Source: Terriglobales bacterium (GTDB lineage: Bacteria > Acidobacteriota > Terriglobia > Terriglobales > SCQP01). Taken from it: a stretch of 60,189 nt of DNA. This document shows positions 36,525 through 44,940 of this stretch, one piece after another. Position 1 is the first letter of the stretch, and every line of letters begins with the position of its first letter. Position numbers and translations under genes: made by a program. The stretch is from the NCBI GenBank assembly GCA_051959955.1, contig JBQCEU010000181.1:1-60189 (forward strand), given 5' to 3'. Below the pieces are notes generated by a model. That model was given only the letters and a program-made list of their open reading frames with translations, was not told the DNA's origin and searched no databases.

Positions 36525-37177
36525 GTGCCGGCCACCAGGTGCTGCAGTTCGTCCATCCCCTCGCCGCTGCGCGCCGACACCACGCACACGCGCATGCCCG
36601 GCCGCACCGACTCAATATTGCCGCGCAGCAGGCCGAGGTCGCAGCCGGCGGCCGCCGCTAAATCGTTTTTGGTGATCACCGCCACATCGGCGGTGTTGAA
36701 GATGGTGGGATACTTCAGCGGCTTGTCTTCGCCTTCGGTAACCGCCGCCAGCACCAGGCGCAGATCCTCGCCCAAGTCGTAGGCCGACGGACACACCAGG
36801 TTGCCGACGTTCTCAATCAACAACAGGGCAAGTCCGGCCAGATCCCAACCGGCGATGGTCTCCTCGATCATGCGCGCCTCCAGATGGCAGACGGTGCCGG
36901 TGGTGATCTGCCGCGCCGGCGCGCCGGCGGCCGCCAGCCGCCGCGCGTCGTTGTCGGTGGCCAGGTCGCCCACCAGCGCGGCCACGTGCTTTTGGCCCGC
37001 CAGCCGCGCCACCAGCGCCGCCAGCAACGCCGTTTTGCCCGCGCCCGGGCTGGAAACCACGCTGACCACGCGCACGCCCGCTTCCTGAAACCGCCGGCGC
37101 AGCTCCCGGGCGCGCAGATCATTGTCCTTGAGCAGATGGCGGCGCACTTCCACCAGCCGCGGCACGGCCGTACTCAT
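36521..37177 (-). CDS. hypB: Hydrogenase nickel-incorporation GTPase HypB
   Basis: Has a P-loop (SSPGAGKTALL), the CH motif (TVCHLEARM), ENVGNLVCP and ITKNDL. There is no His-rich or CxxCGC N-terminal segment. Confidence 0.95.
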   Translation of the reverse strand: MSTAVPRLVEVRRHLLKDNDLRARELRRRFQEAGVRVVSVVSSPGAGKTALLAALVARLAGQKHVAALVGDLATDNDARRLAAAGAPARQITTGTVCHLEARMIEETIAGWDLAGLALLLIENVGNLVCPSAYDLGEDLRLVLAAVTEGEDKPLKYPTIFNTADVAVITKNDLAAAAGCDLGLLRGNIESVRPGMRVCVVSARSGEGMDELQHLVAGT

Positions 37178-37419
37178 GGGTCCACCTCCAGCGCGAAGAT
37201 TTGCATGCCGGTTCCTGCCACGATTTCCGTAACCAGCCGTGAGCCTGCGAGCGCCGTGCCCTGGCAGGCCACTTCATAGGCGAAGCGCAAAGCCTCCCCC
37301 TGCGCGCCCGAATATTCGCCCAGCCGCAGGTGCACGGCGCGCACCCGCAGACCGCCGCGGGCGGCGCACTCCGCCTCCACGCCTTCCAGCAGGCTCAGCG
37401 CCAGCGACAACTCGTGCAT
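37174..37419 (-). CDS. hypA: HypA-like nickel metallochaperone lacking the zinc (CxxC...CxxC) module
   Basis: Has the N-terminal MHELSLA (MHE nickel-binding start) and a HypA-like core, but is only 81 aa with no CxxC pair. It lies between the maturation protease and hypB, with an ATGA overlap to hypB. Confidence 0.75.
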   Translation of the reverse strand: MHELSLALSLLEGVEAECAARGGLRVRAVHLRLGEYSGAQGEALRFAYEVACQGTALAGSRLVTEIVAGTGMQIFALEVDP

Positions 37420-37423
37420 GGCG

Positions 37424-37528
37424 CTACATCGAATACATCTTCAGTTCCCGCTGCAGATCCGGATACAGCGCGTAGGCGGCGTAAGCCGCCAGCCCCAGCA
37501 CCGCTGTCCACAGCAATGTGCGCTTCAT
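37424..37528 (-). CDS. 34-aa single-TM microprotein (hypothetical)
   Basis: Sequence is MKRTLLWTAVLGLAAYAAYALYPDLQRELKMYSM. Its ATG overlaps the protease stop (ATGA) and its stop lies 4 nt before the hypA ATG. Codon bias is consistent with coding. Confidence 0.4.
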   Translation of the reverse strand: MKRTLLWTAVLGLAAYAAYALYPDLQRELKMYSM

Positions 37529-38019
37529 TGTTTGGCCACCTCCAGTTCGTTTCTCACCATCGTCATCACCACCTCCCGCACCATCTCCAGGGCTTCGGGC
37601 AGCGCCGCCGCCACCGGCGGGCTCAGTTCTTCCTGATCGAAATCCGGCTCCAGCCGCAGCGGCTCGCAGCCGATGAGATGCATGGGCGGCAGAGGGATGT
37701 CCATTTGTTGCGCCAGCGCCCGCGCGCTTTCCACGTTGACGGTGTGGCCGTCGGGCGCGGCGGGCGGTTGCTCCGGTTGATCGAGAAGCAGGTGCCAGAG
37801 GGTCCCGGGCGCATGGCCCTGCCGCACCGCGTCCACCACCACCACCCCGGTCCAACCTTCACCCAGGGCAAACACCAAATCCAGGCAGCGGATGCCGAAC
37901 TCGCGCAGCACCACGCCCTCCGGCCAGGCTTGCGCGGCCAGCCGCCGCACCGCCTCGACGCCAAAGGCATCGTCGCCGAGGAACAGGTTGCCGATGCCGG
38001 CAATCAGCACCCGGGTCAC
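37525..38019 (-). CDS. [NiFe]-hydrogenase maturation endopeptidase (HyaD/HupD family)
   Basis: Contains VLIAGIGNLFLGDDAFG and VVVDAV, the canonical protease motifs. Its GTG start overlaps the upstream stop. Confidence 0.9.
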   Translation of the reverse strand: MTRVLIAGIGNLFLGDDAFGVEAVRRLAAQAWPEGVVLREFGIRCLDLVFALGEGWTGVVVVDAVRQGHAPGTLWHLLLDQPEQPPAAPDGHTVNVESARALAQQMDIPLPPMHLIGCEPLRLEPDFDQEELSPPVAAALPEALEMVREVVMTMVRNELEVAKQ

Positions 38020-39050
38020 AGCGGTTCCACCTCCTCGAGGGCAAAGAAGAACCGGTGTCCGGTCTGCTTCGCCTCGCCCAGGTCGGCGCCGGGGTCATCA
38101 TCCACCACCACGGCCAGTTGCACCGCGCCTTCGACCTCCTGTTCCACCGCCTGAATGCGCGCCGCCTTGCCGTCGAGCACGCGGTTGAACAGGTCCCCGC
38201 CCGGCCGCGGATGCAAGCGTACACGGTCGCCGGCGCGCAGCGTGCGCCCCTGGCAGCGCACCGCCGCCGGCGGCGAGGCATACGCATCCCACGCCCGCCC
38301 ACCATGTAGCTCCGGCGCCGGCCCCGCCGTGCAGCGCTCCAGAATGGACTGCCCCAGCCCGCCGCGGTCGCGAATTTCCGCCTGCTCCGCCTCGCTCAGC
38401 GTCATCACGCGCAGGGTCAGGAGTTCATCCATCTCGGTGGCGTCACAAAAATCCCCGCGGCTTTGCGCCGCCACCCGGGCGTGATCCTCGAGAATGATCG
38501 GCGCCCCCAGCAGCAGGTCGCGCTCGCCTGGCAATCCCGCCAGAATCGGGTAGAGCCCATCGCTGTGGCAGGCGGCCGCTTCCGCCGCGCGCGCCGGCGG
38601 CGGATCCTGCGCCGAAACAAAGGCCCCGCGCTCCAGCCCGCAGCGCATCTGCGCCGAGGCCAGCACCGCCTGCGCGTCCGCCTGCAGCGTGGTATTCGCC
38701 GCGGTGGCGCTGAGCCGCCAAAGGTGCGAATCCAGCCGGATCAATTCGACCTGCAGTGCGCCGGCCACGCCGCCGCGTTCCCATTCCGCCATTCCCGGAA
38801 GTGCGGCCTCGGCCCACGCCCGGCCTTCGCCCTCGAGCCACACCAGCCGCACCAAGCCCCGCGGACGGTCATCGCACTCGATCAGCGCCTCCAGCCGCGC
38901 CTGCGAGCGCTCCTCCGCAATGGCGGCCGGGTGCAGGCTGCCGAAGCACCACGCCCGCTGGTTTTTGAGCGCGCTCGGCCGGTAGGGATACAGCAGGTGT
39001 CCCTCGTACAGCACCGTGGTCGCCAGCGGTTCGAAGCGCTCCCAGTTCAT
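38016..39050 (-). CDS. Hydrogenase-cluster hypothetical protein (344 aa)
   Basis: Begins MNWERFEPLATTVLYEGHLLYPYRPSALKNQ. It has ATGA and GTGA overlaps on both sides and strong codon bias. I recognised no catalytic motif. Confidence 0.7.
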   Translation of the reverse strand: MNWERFEPLATTVLYEGHLLYPYRPSALKNQRAWCFGSLHPAAIAEERSQARLEALIECDDRPRGLVRLVWLEGEGRAWAEAALPGMAEWERGGVAGALQVELIRLDSHLWRLSATAANTTLQADAQAVLASAQMRCGLERGAFVSAQDPPPARAAEAAACHSDGLYPILAGLPGERDLLLGAPIILEDHARVAAQSRGDFCDATEMDELLTLRVMTLSEAEQAEIRDRGGLGQSILERCTAGPAPELHGGRAWDAYASPPAAVRCQGRTLRAGDRVRLHPRPGGDLFNRVLDGKAARIQAVEQEVEGAVQLAVVVDDDPGADLGEAKQTGHRFFFALEEVEPL

Positions 39051-39694
39051 GCCGCCTCCTGCCGCGCCGCTGCGGGCGCCAGCAGCGCCTCCACGGTCTG
39101 CTCCCAACTGGCGTGACCGCCGGCGGCGCGAAAGGCCAGCAAGCGGGCGAACACCTCCGGCGTCAGCCCCAGCCAGCGCCGCTCCTGCCACACGGCCTCG
39201 AGCGCCGCCTGCCAGGCGGCGGCGGGCATGCGGTAGCGTGCCTCGATCTCCCAGGGAATCGGCGCCGCCTGCACGCCCGAAAGGCTGCGCAACAGCGCCA
39301 CACCGCTGAACAGCAGCCGCAGCGGCACGTGCCCGCCCGCCAGCGACTCGCAATACTGGCTTCCGGCGAGCGCCACGTCCAAACTGCAGGGCAGGAGCAG
39401 CTCGCACACCGTGGTGCCGGTGAAGCCCGGCACCATAACGGCCACCTCCTGCCAGAGGAAGGGACGCAGGGTCTCGCTCCAGCGCTCGGGTGATCCGAAC
39501 AATCCCGCCAGCCTCGCCGCCTCCGCGGCGCTGTAGCCGCGCAGAGCCGGTTCGATCTGCACCGTGCAGCGCAGCCAGATGGCCTCGACCGGCTCGGGAG
39601 AGCCGTTGACCACGCGCAGCCCCATGCGCAGCGCCGGCGTCAGCGCCCGCGGCGCCGGCTGCAATTCTTCCACCAGAAACCGGAACTCAGGCAT
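39047..39694 (-). CDS. Hydrogenase-cluster hypothetical protein (215 aa; possibly the family annotated DUF6084)
   Basis: Begins MPEFRFLVEELQPAPRALTPALRMGLRV. It overlaps the upstream gene by 8 nt. The DUF assignment is from memory of actinobacterial hhy clusters and is not verified. Confidence 0.65.
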   Translation of the reverse strand: MPEFRFLVEELQPAPRALTPALRMGLRVVNGSPEPVEAIWLRCTVQIEPALRGYSAAEAARLAGLFGSPERWSETLRPFLWQEVAVMVPGFTGTTVCELLLPCSLDVALAGSQYCESLAGGHVPLRLLFSGVALLRSLSGVQAAPIPWEIEARYRMPAAAWQAALEAVWQERRWLGLTPEVFARLLAFRAAGGHASWEQTVEALLAPAAARQEAA

Positions 39695-40310
39695 CCGCCC
39701 GCTCCCTGCGCCCGCCGGGCGCCGCCCACTGCGCGCAGAACGCGCCCACCTGCCGCCGCACTTCCGCCCCGCCCGACAGCCCCTGCCAGTGGCGGCGCAC
39801 CAGCCCCGCCAGCCGGTAGGCCTGGTCAAGCGGCAGCACCAACATCTCCGCAGCCGGCAGCAGGCGCTGGATCAGGACACATTCCAACTCCGGTTGCAGC
39901 CGCTCCAACTCCGTGTGCGCCGCCCGGATCGCCGCCCACGCCTCCGGCGCCACCGCCGCCCGCGCCACGCCGCCCGGCCCGGGATAGCCGGCCGTCACCG
40001 CCCCATTGCCGTGCACGGTCACAAAGGTCAGCTTCACCGGAATCGCCAGGCTGGCCCATTCCCGCTCCGTCAACCGGCAGCCGAGCGCGCGGGCGTCGCG
40101 CGGCAGCCGCCGCCGTTCCTGCCCGGGGCGGTCAAACAGCAGCGCGCAGGCGGTGCAACTGCAGGCCAGCCCGCCGGTGGCCATCTCCAGCACATGCTCG
40201 TGGGGCTCGCCCAGGGCTTCGCTGCAAAACTCGCACACCGCCGCCGCTTCGCGCCCGGCCGTCGTCAGGCGGGCCAGCCGCCGCAGCGCCGTGATCTCCC
40301 GCGCCTCCAT
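39687..40310 (-). CDS. Hydrogenase-cluster hypothetical protein with a CxxC-x20-CxCxxC motif (possibly DUF5947)
   Basis: The Cys motif reads CEFCSEALGEPHEHVLEMATGGLACSCTAC. Length is 207 aa. The DUF assignment is from memory and is not verified. Confidence 0.65.
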   Translation of the reverse strand: MEAREITALRRLARLTTAGREAAAVCEFCSEALGEPHEHVLEMATGGLACSCTACALLFDRPGQERRRLPRDARALGCRLTEREWASLAIPVKLTFVTVHGNGAVTAGYPGPGGVARAAVAPEAWAAIRAAHTELERLQPELECVLIQRLLPAAEMLVLPLDQAYRLAGLVRRHWQGLSGGAEVRRQVGAFCAQWAAPGGRRERADA

Positions 40311-40328
40311 GCCTGTCTCCCGTCCGCC

Positions 40329-40655
40329 TCAGGCCGGCGGCAGGTGCGGCATGCGGTGGTCCACGGCGTCGTGCAGCGTGGGGTTGATGGAGGTGGCGCT
40401 GCGCGCCTGCCGCGACCACCCCACCCGTCCCTGTTCGGTGGCGTGCAGCGCCCACTCCTCGCCGCGGTTCGTACCCGGTGTGTGCGAAGGCGTATCCGGG
40501 CGCACACGCGCCCTGCCCACGCGGATCCCCTGCCGCGTCTCCACCACGCGCAGCTTCGCCGCCCGCTTTTCGAGCCCGCGCTGCTGCCAATCCAGCACCT
40601 TGCGGTCCAACTGCTCCCGCTTCTCGTCATCCTGCAGTGGGTTCAGCCACGACAT
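40329..40655 (-). CDS. Hydrogenase-cluster hypothetical protein (108 aa)
   Basis: Begins MSWLNPLQDDEKREQLDRKVLDWQQRGLEKR. GC3 bias is good, it is co-directional within the operon, and I recognised no motif. Confidence 0.5.
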   Translation of the reverse strand: MSWLNPLQDDEKREQLDRKVLDWQQRGLEKRAAKLRVVETRQGIRVGRARVRPDTPSHTPGTNRGEEWALHATEQGRVGWSRQARSATSINPTLHDAVDHRMPHLPPA

Positions 40656-40953
40656 GCCCGCCTCCTCCCGTCAGCACGGTAACCGGCACAAAGTTGCCCG
40701 CCGCCGCCGCCGGCCGCTCCGGCCGCAGCTCGTGCAGCTCCAGCAGCCCGCGCACCTCGCCGTCGCGCTCCCAAGCGGCCCACAGCGCCTCGAGGCGCGG
40801 GGCATCGGCGGCCGCCTGCAGCATCTGCCGCAGGCCGCGGGCGTGCAGAGCCAGAATGCGCTGCAGCAGCTCGATCATGTCGCCGCGCAGCCCGGCGTCG
40901 GGAATGGCCTCGCAGCGCGCGATCAGCGCCTCCAGCCGCTCGGCGTCACTCAC
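40627..40953 (-). CDS. Hydrogenase-cluster hypothetical helical protein (108 aa)
   Basis: The GTG start at 40953 overlaps the hhyL stop by 8 nt. The sequence SDAERLEALIARCEAIPD...MIELLQRILALHARGLRQML resembles the N-terminal half of NifU-family proteins that follow hhyL in other clusters (from memory), but no CxxC NifU domain follows. Confidence 0.5.
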   Translation of the reverse strand: MSDAERLEALIARCEAIPDAGLRGDMIELLQRILALHARGLRQMLQAAADAPRLEALWAAWERDGEVRGLLELHELRPERPAAAAGNFVPVTVLTGGGGHVVAEPTAG

Positions 40954-42763
40954 GGTCGTGCCCCGCTCCGCCCGCCACCCCGAACATGGGCGAGTGCCGC
41001 ACCTCCACCGTCCGCCCCTGGCCGACGTACATGTGCACCCCGCACGGCAGGCAGGGGTCGAAGCTGCGCACCGCCCGCATGATGTCCACCCCCTTGAACT
41101 TCGCCGGCCCGTTCTCCTCGAAGATCGGCGTGTTCTGCACCGCGTCCTCGTACGGCCCCGGCGTGCCCAGGCTGTCGCGCGGGCTGGCGTTCCACGGCGT
41201 GGGCGGATAGGGATGATAGTTGGCGATCTTGCCGCCACGAATCACCACATGGTGACTCAGCACCCCGCGCACCGCTTCGTGGAAGCCGCAGCCGATCGCT
41301 TCCTCGGGTACGGTGAACGGCGACCAGGTGCGGTTGTCGCCGCCCAGCAGCGTGGCCATCGCCTGCTCGTAAAAGTACAGCGCCATGCCCGCCGCATAGG
41401 CTTGAAAGTAGGTCCGCGCCCGGTCGCGCTCGATCGCGTTCGACCACTGCGGCGGCCGCCAGGTGAACTTCGCCGCCGGCAGATCCGAGGTCTTCGGCAT
41501 TTCGATCTCGATCGCGCCGCCGCCGGCCTTCACGTAGGGGGTGTGCACCAGCCCCTGCAGCGCCGTGGACCACAGCCGCGCGATCGGCCCGCCGCCGGTG
41601 TCCAGCGCCAGGTAGTCGCCGGTGTGCTTGTTGTACCAGCGCGGCGACATCACCCAGGTGTAGTTGCCCTCGAAGTTCCGCTTCTGCGGCCGCGGCGTGG
41701 TGGTCTGGTTCCACGGATGCCGCTGGTCCACCGGGTTGCCCAGCGGATCGTGGCTGACGAACATCTCCCGGTTCGCCCAGTCGTCGTAATAGGAGTGGCC
41801 CAGCAGGATGCGGATGCCCAGGTTGATCTCCACCAGATCATTGGTCACCAGCCGGCCGTCCACCACCACCCCCGGCGTCACAAACATGTGCCGCCCCCAC
41901 TCGCTCATCGTCTCGTAGCGGTAGTCGCAGTACTCCGGGTTGTTCCACGCCCCCCAGCAGCCCAGCAGGATGCGCCGCTGCCCCACCTTCTCGTACCCCG
42001 GCAGCGCCTGGTAGATGAAGTCGAACAGATCGTCGTGCAGCGGCACCACGCGCTTCATGAAGCTCACATACTTCAAAAGCCGCGTCAGGTAATCGGTGAA
42101 CACCTGCGGCGTCGCCACCGTCCCCACCCCGCCCGGATACAGCGTCGAGGGGTGCACGTGCCGGCCTTCCATCAGGCAGAACATCTCCCGCGTCAGCCGG
42201 CTCTTCTCCAGCGATTCGCGGTAAAAGCTGCCGGTGAACGGGTTCAGCGCCCGCATGATGTCGGCCAGGGTGCGGAACCCGTGCACGGCGGCGTGCGGCG
42301 CCGCGGTCTTCTGCGCCTTCTCCCACACCCCCGGGTTGGTCTCCTTCACCATCTCCTCGCAGAAGTCCACCCCCACCAGGTTGTCCTGGTACAGGCAGTG
42401 GTCGAACATGTACTCCGCCGCCTCGCCCAGGTTGACGATCCACTCCCCCAGCGGCGGCGGCTTCACCCCGAAGGCCATCTGCTGCGCATAGTTGGCGCAG
42501 GTGGTGTGGTTGTCGCCGCAGATGCCGCAGATGCGGCTGGTGATGAAGTGGGCATCGCGCGGATCCTTGCCCTTCATGAACACGCTGTAGCCGCGGAACA
42601 GCGAGCTGGTCGCGTGGCACTCGGCCACCTGCTTCTGTTCGAAATCAATCTTGGTGTAGATGCCCAGGTTGCCCACGATCCGCGTCACCGGGTCGAAGTT
42701 CATCTCCACCAGCCGCCCCGGGCCCTGGCCGATGCCGCCGCTCGTCTCCGTCGTGGTTGCCAT
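40946..42763 (-). CDS. hhyL: [NiFe]-hydrogenase large subunit, group 1h/5 (Hhy-type)
   Basis: The L1 motif is TSRICGICGDNH and the L2 motif is SFDPCLPCGVH, followed by a cleavable C-terminal extension. Length is 605 aa. Confidence 0.97.
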   Translation of the reverse strand: MATTTETSGGIGQGPGRLVEMNFDPVTRIVGNLGIYTKIDFEQKQVAECHATSSLFRGYSVFMKGKDPRDAHFITSRICGICGDNHTTCANYAQQMAFGVKPPPLGEWIVNLGEAAEYMFDHCLYQDNLVGVDFCEEMVKETNPGVWEKAQKTAAPHAAVHGFRTLADIMRALNPFTGSFYRESLEKSRLTREMFCLMEGRHVHPSTLYPGGVGTVATPQVFTDYLTRLLKYVSFMKRVVPLHDDLFDFIYQALPGYEKVGQRRILLGCWGAWNNPEYCDYRYETMSEWGRHMFVTPGVVVDGRLVTNDLVEINLGIRILLGHSYYDDWANREMFVSHDPLGNPVDQRHPWNQTTTPRPQKRNFEGNYTWVMSPRWYNKHTGDYLALDTGGGPIARLWSTALQGLVHTPYVKAGGGAIEIEMPKTSDLPAAKFTWRPPQWSNAIERDRARTYFQAYAAGMALYFYEQAMATLLGGDNRTWSPFTVPEEAIGCGFHEAVRGVLSHHVVIRGGKIANYHPYPPTPWNASPRDSLGTPGPYEDAVQNTPIFEENGPAKFKGVDIMRAVRSFDPCLPCGVHMYVGQGRTVEVRHSPMFGVAGGAGHDRE

Positions 42764-42781
42764 GACGATGCCTCCCTCCCT

Positions 42782-43831
42782 CTACGCCGATTTCAGGTAG
42801 CCCGTGCTCAGCCCCGGTCCCAGGTGCCGCCACCTCGGGTCCTGGTTGCCGCTCCGGTTCGTCAGGCTGCGCAGGCTACGGATCGCCCGCCCATAGACAA
42901 ACCCGGCCGCCACCGACACGCTCGACCCCGGCGGCTCATCCATGAACGGCATGAACTTGTCCGGGAACCCCGGCATGGTGCAGGTCATGCAGATCCCGCC
43001 CACATTCGGACAGCCGCCGAGGCCGCTCATCCACCCCCGCTTGGGCACGTTGCAGTTCACCACCGGCCCCCAGCAGCCCAGCTTCACCAGGCATTTCGGC
43101 GAGCCGTACTCCAGCGCAAAGTCCGACTGCTCGTAGTACCCCGCCCGGTCGCAGCCCTCGTGCACCGTCTTGCCGAACAGCCACGTCGGCCGCAGCTTGG
43201 CGTCCAGCGGAATCATCGGCGCCATCCCCGCCAGCTCGTAGAGCAAGTAGGTCAGCGTCTCCATGAAGTTGTCGGGCTGCACCGGACACCCCGGCACGTT
43301 GACGATCGGCAGCCCCGCCGCCGAGCGGTAATCCCAGCCCAGGTAATCGGCCAGCCCCATGCTGCCGGTCGGGTTGCCGGCCATGGCGTGAATGCCGCCG
43401 TAGGCGGCGCAGGTGCCGACGGCGATCACCGCCAGCGCCCGCGGCGCCAGCTTGTCAATCCAGGTCGTGGTCAGGATCGGCTGCCGCGTCTCCGGATCCT
43501 CGCCCCACGCCGCCCAGTACCCTTCGTCCTTCACCTCTTCGTTGGGGATCGAGCCCTCCATCACCAGCACATAGGGCCGCTCGTTCTCCCCCCGCCAGGC
43601 CTTGCGGAACGGCGCCAGAAACTCCTCGCCTACCGCCGCGGCCAGCACCGGATTGTGCAGGTATACCTTGGGCAGCCCGGGGATGCCCTGCAGCACCACA
43701 TCCTCGATCGCCGGCTGCTGCGCCGCGGTGATGGACACCGAGTCACCGTCGCAGCTCATGCCCGCCGTGATCCAGAGAATATCCAGCTCCTCGACCGGGA
43801 GTTTCACATCGGGGGAAGGGGTGCTTGCCAT
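42782..43831 (-). CDS. hhyS: [NiFe]-hydrogenase small subunit, group 1h/5, no Tat signal
   Basis: Contains ILWITAGMSCDGDS, GTCAAYGGI and GCP/CxxC cluster ligands toward the C-terminus. It starts MASTPSPDVK with no RRxF motif. Confidence 0.95.
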   Translation of the reverse strand: MASTPSPDVKLPVEELDILWITAGMSCDGDSVSITAAQQPAIEDVVLQGIPGLPKVYLHNPVLAAAVGEEFLAPFRKAWRGENERPYVLVMEGSIPNEEVKDEGYWAAWGEDPETRQPILTTTWIDKLAPRALAVIAVGTCAAYGGIHAMAGNPTGSMGLADYLGWDYRSAAGLPIVNVPGCPVQPDNFMETLTYLLYELAGMAPMIPLDAKLRPTWLFGKTVHEGCDRAGYYEQSDFALEYGSPKCLVKLGCWGPVVNCNVPKRGWMSGLGGCPNVGGICMTCTMPGFPDKFMPFMDEPPGSSVSVAAGFVYGRAIRSLRSLTNRSGNQDPRWRHLGPGLSTGYLKSA

Positions 43832-43866
43832 GTTTGCCCCGATGGCTGCCCGCCGCGGGAAGGTTG

Positions 43867-44940
43867 CTAACAAATACGCGGCAACTGTTCGTGAAACTGC
43901 GTGTCCAGCACCCGCGTCCCTCCCACCCCGGTGGCCAGCAGCACCATGCCCGCTGGCGCCTCAACCACGGCGCCGATGCGCCGCGCCCCCGCCCCCAGCG
44001 CATGCGCCCGCAGCGCCGCCAGCGCCCGCTCCGCCGCCTCCGGCGCCACCACGGCCACCAGCTTGCCTTCGTTGGCCACATACAGCGGGTCAATGCCCAG
44101 CAGCTCACACGCCGCTGCCACTTCCGGCCGCAGGGGTATCGCCGCCTCCTCCAGCCGCATTCCCACCCGCGAGCGCCCGGCGATCTCGTGCAGTGCCGTG
44201 GCCACGCCGCCGCGCGTGGGGTCGCGCAGGCAGCGCACCGCCCCCGGCGGCACCGCCTCGAGCAGCGCCGCCACCAGCCCGGCGAGGGCGGCGCTGTCGC
44301 TGGTGATGGCCCCTTCAAACTCCAATCCCTCGCGTTGCGACAGGATTGCCATGCCGTGCTCGCCCACCGTGCCGCTAAGCAGCACCGCGTCGCCCGGCCG
44401 CGCCTGGTCGGCGCTCAACCGCACCCCCGCCGGCACCCAGCCCACGCCGGTGGTGGTAATGAACACCTGATCGCCCTTGCCGCGGTCCACCACCTTGGTG
44501 TCGCCGGTGACGATCTCCACCCCCGCCGCCCGCGCCGCCCGCGCCATGGATTCCACCACGCGCGCCAGCACCGTCCGCTCCAGCCCTTCTTCGAGAATGA
44601 AGGCCGCCGCCAGCCCCAACGGCCGCGCCCCGCCCATCGCCAGGTCGTTCACCGTACCGTGCACCGCCAGCGAACCAATGTCGCCGCCAGGGAAAAATAT
44701 CGGCGTCACCACGAAACTGTCGGTGGTCACCGCCAGCCGTCCGGCGGCCGTGCCCGGCACCGCCAGCACCGCCTGGTCATCCATGCGCTCCAGCACCGGA
44801 TTGCGGAAGGCCGGCAGAAACACCTCCTCCAGCAGCGCCGCCGTCAGCTTCCCTCCCGCTCCGTGCCCCAGCACGATGCGTTCCTGCTCCAGCCGCGGCA
44901 CCGGACACACCGCGTTCAGCAAACTCGGCCTTTCGCTCAC
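43867..44940 (-). CDS. hypE: Hydrogenase maturation protein HypE
   Basis: Has a PurM-like fold, GHGAGG, and the diagnostic C-terminal PRIC. Its GTG start overlaps the upstream stop (GTGA). Confidence 0.95.
   Translation of the reverse strand: MSERPSLLNAVCPVPRLEQERIVLGHGAGGKLTAALLEEVFLPAFRNPVLERMDDQAVLAVPGTAAGRLAVTTDSFVVTPIFFPGGDIGSLAVHGTVNDLAMGGARPLGLAAAFILEEGLERTVLARVVESMARAARAAGVEIVTGDTKVVDRGKGDQVFITTTGVGWVPAGVRLSADQARPGDAVLLSGTVGEHGMAILSQREGLEFEGAITSDSAALAGLVAALLEAVPPGAVRCLRDPTRGGVATALHEIAGRSRVGMRLEEAAIPLRPEVAAACELLGIDPLYVANEGKLVAVVAPEAAERALAALRAHALGAGARRIGAVVEAPAGMVLLATGVGGTRVLDTQFHEQLPRIC

Noticed and set aside
40478-43870. A 1130-aa plus-strand ORF, the longest in that region.
   Set aside because: It lies exactly antisense to hhyL and hhyS, which carry unmistakable hydrogenase motifs. 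Its translation is R/P/A/H-rich low complexity with no motif. This is a typical GC-driven shadow ORF.
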